Origin: Candidatus Poribacteria bacterium
Lineage (GTDB): Bacteria; Poribacteria; WGA-4E; WGA-3G
Reading direction: 5' to 3'
Length of the DNA stretch: 64,000 nt
NCBI GenBank assembly: GCA_965197475.1
Contig: CBDANF010000003.1
Coordinates: 4,000,001-4,064,000 of the forward strand
Shown: one piece after another, positions 60,030 through 64,000 of the stretch
Position numbering within the stretch: position 1 is the first letter of the stretch
Layout of the letters: the number at the start of each line of letters is the position of its first letter
The notes under the pieces: generated by a model
The model's input: only the letters and a program-made list of their open reading frames with translations
Databases searched by the model: none
Told to the model about the DNA's origin: nothing
Made by a program: the position numbers and the translations under genes

Positions 60030-60893
60030 ATGTCTAAACACCGTCTCTATTATGGGGATAATCTCACAATTCTTCAGAAGTATGTCTCTGATGAGAGTAT
60101 TAATCTAATATATATTGATCCGCCGTTCAACACAGGAAAATACCAATTGCGCACTGAATTGCAGGTTGAACAGGATGATCAAGGTGATCGTATCGGTTTC
60201 CAAGGCAAGACATACAGAACCTATAAAGGCAAAACAAGACACTACTCCGATAAGTTCGAGAGTTCGGATGTCTACTTGCAGTTTTTACGTCCCCGTTTTG
60301 AAGAGGCATACCGGGTAATGCATCCTTATGGAAGTTTTTTTCTGCATATTGATTACCGGGAGGTGCATTACTGTAAAATAATACTTGATGAGATATTTGG
60401 ACGCGACTCCTTTGTCAATGAAATTATTTGGGCTTACGATTACGGTGGACGGTCCAAATCGCGATGGCCCGCCAAGCACGATAATATCCTGTGGTACGCT
60501 AAAACCCCGAAACGTTATACCTTCAATTTTGATGAGATGGATAGGATACCTTATATGGCACCCGGTTTAGTCGGCAAAGAGAAGGCAGCGCGAGGTAAAA
60601 CACCTACCGATGTCTGGTGGCATACAATTGTCAGCACTAATGGACAAGAAAAAACCGGCTATCCGACACAAAAACCGCTCGGAATTCTTAACCGTATTGT
60701 CAAAGTGCATTCATCCTCCGGAGACACACTTATGGATTTTTTTGCTGGCAGCGGATCATTCGGAGAAGCTGCAGCACTACACAATCGTTCCTCGATTCTA
60801 ATTGATAACAATATCCCCGCAATCAGGAGCATTATGAGTCGGTTGGCAATTTTTGGCGTTGAACTTGTCAACGCTAATTACGAGATGTTGTAG
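60030..60893 (+). CDS. Orphan N6/N4 DNA methyltransferase (beta class)
   Basis: YIDPPF precedes YPTQKP and DFFAGSG; no adjacent REase. Confidence 0.92.
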   Translation: MSKHRLYYGDNLTILQKYVSDESINLIYIDPPFNTGKYQLRTELQVEQDDQGDRIGFQGKTYRTYKGKTRHYSDKFESSDVYLQFLRPRFEEAYRVMHPYGSFFLHIDYREVHYCKIILDEIFGRDSFVNEIIWAYDYGGRSKSRWPAKHDNILWYAKTPKRYTFNFDEMDRIPYMAPGLVGKEKAARGKTPTDVWWHTIVSTNGQEKTGYPTQKPLGILNRIVKVHSSSGDTLMDFFAGSGSFGEAAALHNRSSILIDNNIPAIRSIMSRLAIFGVELVNANYEML

Positions 60894-60921
60894 AAATATC
60901 TTGTTTCCATATTGCGTATTA

Positions 60922-60991
60922 TACACTGCGGTAGGCGCGCTTTGTAAGTGCGCTGTTAATGGTGTCCAAGTAATTATAAACTTTTCTATGG
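60922..60991. repeat. REP/MITE-like element
   Basis: GTAGGCGCGCTTTGTAAGTGCGCTGT...AAGTAATTATA is the reverse complement of the 5293-5380 element. Confidence 0.7.
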
Positions 60992-61167
60992 TTTGTACGA
61001 AGAATCAAAAATATTTTTCCTATCTTCTTAAGGTTAGATGTCTCAATTAGTATGAGTGGTATATTCAAGACCAAACCTTCAATACAAGAATACTGAGTGG
61101 TAAATAATCAACACAATTCACAATTATCGTCCGAAATAGGATATAGTAGACACTCGGAGGTATAAAC

Positions 61168-61836
61168 ATGAAAAGGCTAAAGGAAATTTCAGAACAGATA
61201 AAAGAGAGTATCAACCAATTTATAGATGAGATAGAAGGCAACGAATCGCTTCTTGAAAAAACCGTTGTTGATATGAAAAAACGAATCGCTGAGGCGAAAA
61301 AACTTGTTGCCACAGCTATCGCTGAGGAACAAATACTCAAGCAGGCTTATCAAGAAACCGTTGAAGCAGGGCAGATATGGGAAGCAAAGGTAGACGCTGC
61401 TTTAAACGATAGTGACACAGAAAGAGCAACCGAAGCACGACAGCGCAAGCAACAGTATCAGCAACGTGCAAACGATTTAGAACAACAGGTTCATGCACAG
61501 GAAACTGTAGTAGCAAACCTTAAAGCGGCACTTCTCGAATTTTATCAGCAATTTCAAGATGCGTCAAAGCGGGTAAAAACCTTAGCCCGCCGTCAAAAAC
61601 AGGCAGAAACCCGGGCAGAATTTTATAAATTATTGGCAGAGTTTGATCTGCTTGCTGATAATATAACGTTTCAACAGGCAGAACAGGAACTGAAAAAGAC
61701 AGAAGCAAAAGCAAAAAGGTGGGAAGAACGCAATCGGCGCACCACCGTGAAGACTGAAACACGCGAAGATGATTTTAACCTGGACGAAGCACTTGCAGCA
61801 CTCAAAAGCGATGTCCTTGGCAGTAGTCAAAAATGA
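61168..61836 (+). CDS. PspA/IM30 family protein
   Basis: LEKTVVDMKKRIAEAK..VATAIAEE, WEAK..AAL..D.ERA.EA, LDEALAALK; GGAGG RBS. Confidence 0.85.
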   Translation: MKRLKEISEQIKESINQFIDEIEGNESLLEKTVVDMKKRIAEAKKLVATAIAEEQILKQAYQETVEAGQIWEAKVDAALNDSDTERATEARQRKQQYQQRANDLEQQVHAQETVVANLKAALLEFYQQFQDASKRVKTLARRQKQAETRAEFYKLLAEFDLLADNITFQQAEQELKKTEAKAKRWEERNRRTTVKTETREDDFNLDEALAALKSDVLGSSQK

Positions 61837-62591
61837 TTGAAACCTCAAATTTAACCAAATATTTCGGTGACTTGTGTGCTGTGGATTCACTCATGCTGCA
61901 TGTAGACTCTGGTGAAATATTTGGATTTCTCGGACCCAATGGTGCGGGTAAGACAACCACAATCAATATGCTCACAGGTTTGCTCCGTCCCACATCCGGC
62001 ACGGCAACACTCGGCGGGTACGATATACAAAAACAGAGTTTACAGGCGAAAGCGATTCTCGGTCTTATGCCAGATACACCACAACTTTATGAAGCGTTAA
62101 GCGGTAGACAGTTCGTGCGGATGATATCTGATTTGTATGAGGTGCCGCCACGACAAGCTGAAAGTGGAATGGGGGCATTGCTTGAACAGCTTGAACTCGT
62201 TGATGCTGCTGATGACCAGATTAAAGGGTATTCCTATGGCATGCAGAAGAAAATTCTGCTCATCTCTGTTCTCATACATCATCCGCAAATTCTTTTTCTT
62301 GATGAACCTACCAGCGGGTTAGATCCGAGAAGTGCACGTACCGTCAGGGAAATTCTGCGAGAACGTTGTGAGCAAGGCTGTACTGTCTTTATGACAACAC
62401 ATATTCTCGAAATTGCGGAAAGGATTTGTGACCGGGTTGGTATTATCAGCAAAGGTCGACTTATTGCTGTTGGGACGCTGGCTGAATTACAGCAGAAGAA
62501 ACGTGAATTGCGTGCACAACCCACAGATATTAACCAGCATCAGGCAGAGACACTTGAGGATATTTTTCTTGATCTTACCGCAGATGTCTAA
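61833..62591 (+). CDS. ABC transporter ATP-binding protein
   Basis: GPNGAGKTT, YSYGM, LDEPTSGLD and TTH motifs; ATGA overlap with the PspA gene. Confidence 0.95.
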   Translation: MIETSNLTKYFGDLCAVDSLMLHVDSGEIFGFLGPNGAGKTTTINMLTGLLRPTSGTATLGGYDIQKQSLQAKAILGLMPDTPQLYEALSGRQFVRMISDLYEVPPRQAESGMGALLEQLELVDAADDQIKGYSYGMQKKILLISVLIHHPQILFLDEPTSGLDPRSARTVREILRERCEQGCTVFMTTHILEIAERICDRVGIISKGRLIAVGTLAELQQKKRELRAQPTDINQHQAETLEDIFLDLTADV

Positions 62592-62681
62592 AAGATATGA
62601 GTTCAATCTGGACGATGCCATACGCGCATTCGGCGTTGATTCACTACGCGTTATAAATTTTATATTCTGTTTGAGAACCGA

Positions 62682-64000
62682 ATGTTAAGAAATATTAAGA
62701 TACTGCTAAAAGCAGATTGCCATGCATGGTTGAACAGTTTTAAACACGATAGACAAGCATGGCGAAAAAGCGTTTTGAAGGGTATCGGATACCTCATTTT
62801 CATCGTTGCATTGTCGGTATTAGGCTATACTCTTTTCTCGCATCTGCGGTTCACAGACGCACCCCCGCAACTTCTTTTGAGTGTGATTAACGGTTTCATG
62901 CTGTTCGGGATTATTATTGTGATGAAGGAATTGATGGAAAGTTCTTTGAAAATACTATATGAGGCACCGGACACACCACTTTTACACGCAGCACCGATTC
63001 AACCTATCGCAATCTTCGGATATAAATTTATCCATATTACTGCCACCCGATTTCTGAGTATACTCTGTTTTTTGGGGCCACCGTGGGTAGTTTTCGGTGT
63101 GATATATGAATTGCCGTGGCATTTTTATGCAGTGTTATTTCCTGTGTCCGTGTGCCTTCTTATCATGATTGCGAGTTATGTTACCATCAGCATGATGGTG
63201 ATTGCCCGATTCTTTTCATCCGCAGGTCTTCTCACAACACTTAAGATACTCGGCACCGTAATAGGCGTGACGGTAGGTTTCCTACTATCCTTCACCTTAT
63301 TTTCTAGGGGTGGGCTATTACCGATAAAACGTGTTCTGCTTGATTGGGCTTCCGCAAGAACAGCAGATACCGTCGCCACGTGGTATCCACACGAATGGAT
63401 AGGGAAACTGCTGTTGAGTTGGGGAACTGAATCTACGGTATGGGTGCGGTTGCGATGGGCACTTGGTGGGTTCGCGATAAGTCTTATCTCAGCGGGGTTT
63501 GCAACACTCACAGCACAATGGATATACCAACGCGGATGGGAAAATATCCGCCAATTGAAATCCAAGCGTAAGTCCGTACGAACGAACGGAAATGCTGCCG
63601 CTTCAGACCTGAGCCGAATTGTTGTTACTTTCGGACGCGGCAAGATACAATCCATGATGTTGAAAGATTTTCTAATCTTCATCAGACATAGTGGACGGGT
63701 GATTGCGATCATCATGCTCACGTTCTTTTTGGCAGTTCACATCGGTTTTTTGCTTGTAGATGGCAGCGGCGCAGATGAAAACGCAGCCGGAATTCTCACT
63801 GTTCAGGTGCTACTTTATAGTTTGCTCATTACATTCGGTATTAGTTGCAACGGTCTTCGCGATGAAGCGAAAACATGGTGGATGTTGAAATCCGCACCCG
63901 TTACACCTAAACTGATATTCACAAGTAAGTTTTTTACAGCCTTGCTATGTGCGTTGGTCTACGCCGAGTTCTGGTCATTAATTGCTATTTACCTGCTCCG
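62682..64000 (+). CDS. Putative ABC exporter permease, 3' partial
   Basis: ATG 62682; frame appears open to the window end, with many TM segments and L.SAP(V/I) motifs (WWMLKSAPVTP). Confidence 0.8.
   Translation, partial: MLRNIKILLKADCHAWLNSFKHDRQAWRKSVLKGIGYLIFIVALSVLGYTLFSHLRFTDAPPQLLLSVINGFMLFGIIIVMKELMESSLKILYEAPDTPLLHAAPIQPIAIFGYKFIHITATRFLSILCFLGPPWVVFGVIYELPWHFYAVLFPVSVCLLIMIASYVTISMMVIARFFSSAGLLTTLKILGTVIGVTVGFLLSFTLFSRGGLLPIKRVLLDWASARTADTVATWYPHEWIGKLLLSWGTESTVWVRLRWALGGFAISLISAGFATLTAQWIYQRGWENIRQLKSKRKSVRTNGNAAASDLSRIVVTFGRGKIQSMMLKDFLIFIRHSGRVIAIIMLTFFLAVHIGFLLVDGSGADENAAGILTVQVLLYSLLITFGISCNGLRDEAKTWWMLKSAPVTPKLIFTSKFFTALLCALVYAEFWSLIAIYLL

Noticed and set aside
32755-60893. 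MutH-like REase and the 60030 MTase as one R-M system
   Set aside because: They are 27 kb apart with no evidence of shared specificity.
1-64000. rRNA, tRNA, CRISPR arrays, prophage genes and the many short antisense ORFs
   Set aside because: No such RNA genes, arrays or phage genes were recognised by eye; the short ORFs are shadows of confident genes.

Overview
64 kb bacterial window (about 43% GC by eye). Its content points to a Candidatus Poribacteria-like sponge symbiont (inference): 3 sulfatases, 4 PhyH dioxygenases, a LamG protein ending in a 'TTWGxxK' tail, and many GTAG-type palindromic repeats. Metabolic and core genes include sulfatases, pgl, dgoD, GH172, GGT, a DegT aminotransferase, a TonB receptor, ruvX-mltG-lpxC/fabZ-lpxA and a PspA-ABC operon. 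They are interspersed with mobile DNA: an IS1595 element carrying cargo genes and a structured RNA leader, a transposase-less relative with the same TIRs and an intact 8-bp TSD, an ISKra4 remnant, an IS5 and small MITE/REP elements. Lone or decayed defence genes are scattered through the window (GmrSD-like, MutH-like REase, AAA_21 with a truncated partner, TA remnants, an orphan MTase). The best candidate for an uncharacterised system is a four-gene AT-rich operon at 49685-55916: a membrane-anchored GrpE-like protein, an atypical 861-aa Hsp70, and two paralogues with HPD-less J-like N-termini. Also notable are tandem RDD-PspA (ESCRT-III-like) fusions and a triplicated phyH 5' end flanking cargo genes. 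Many single-base frameshifts lie in homopolymers and may be long-read errors. All calls are from motif recognition by eye; no database searches were run.
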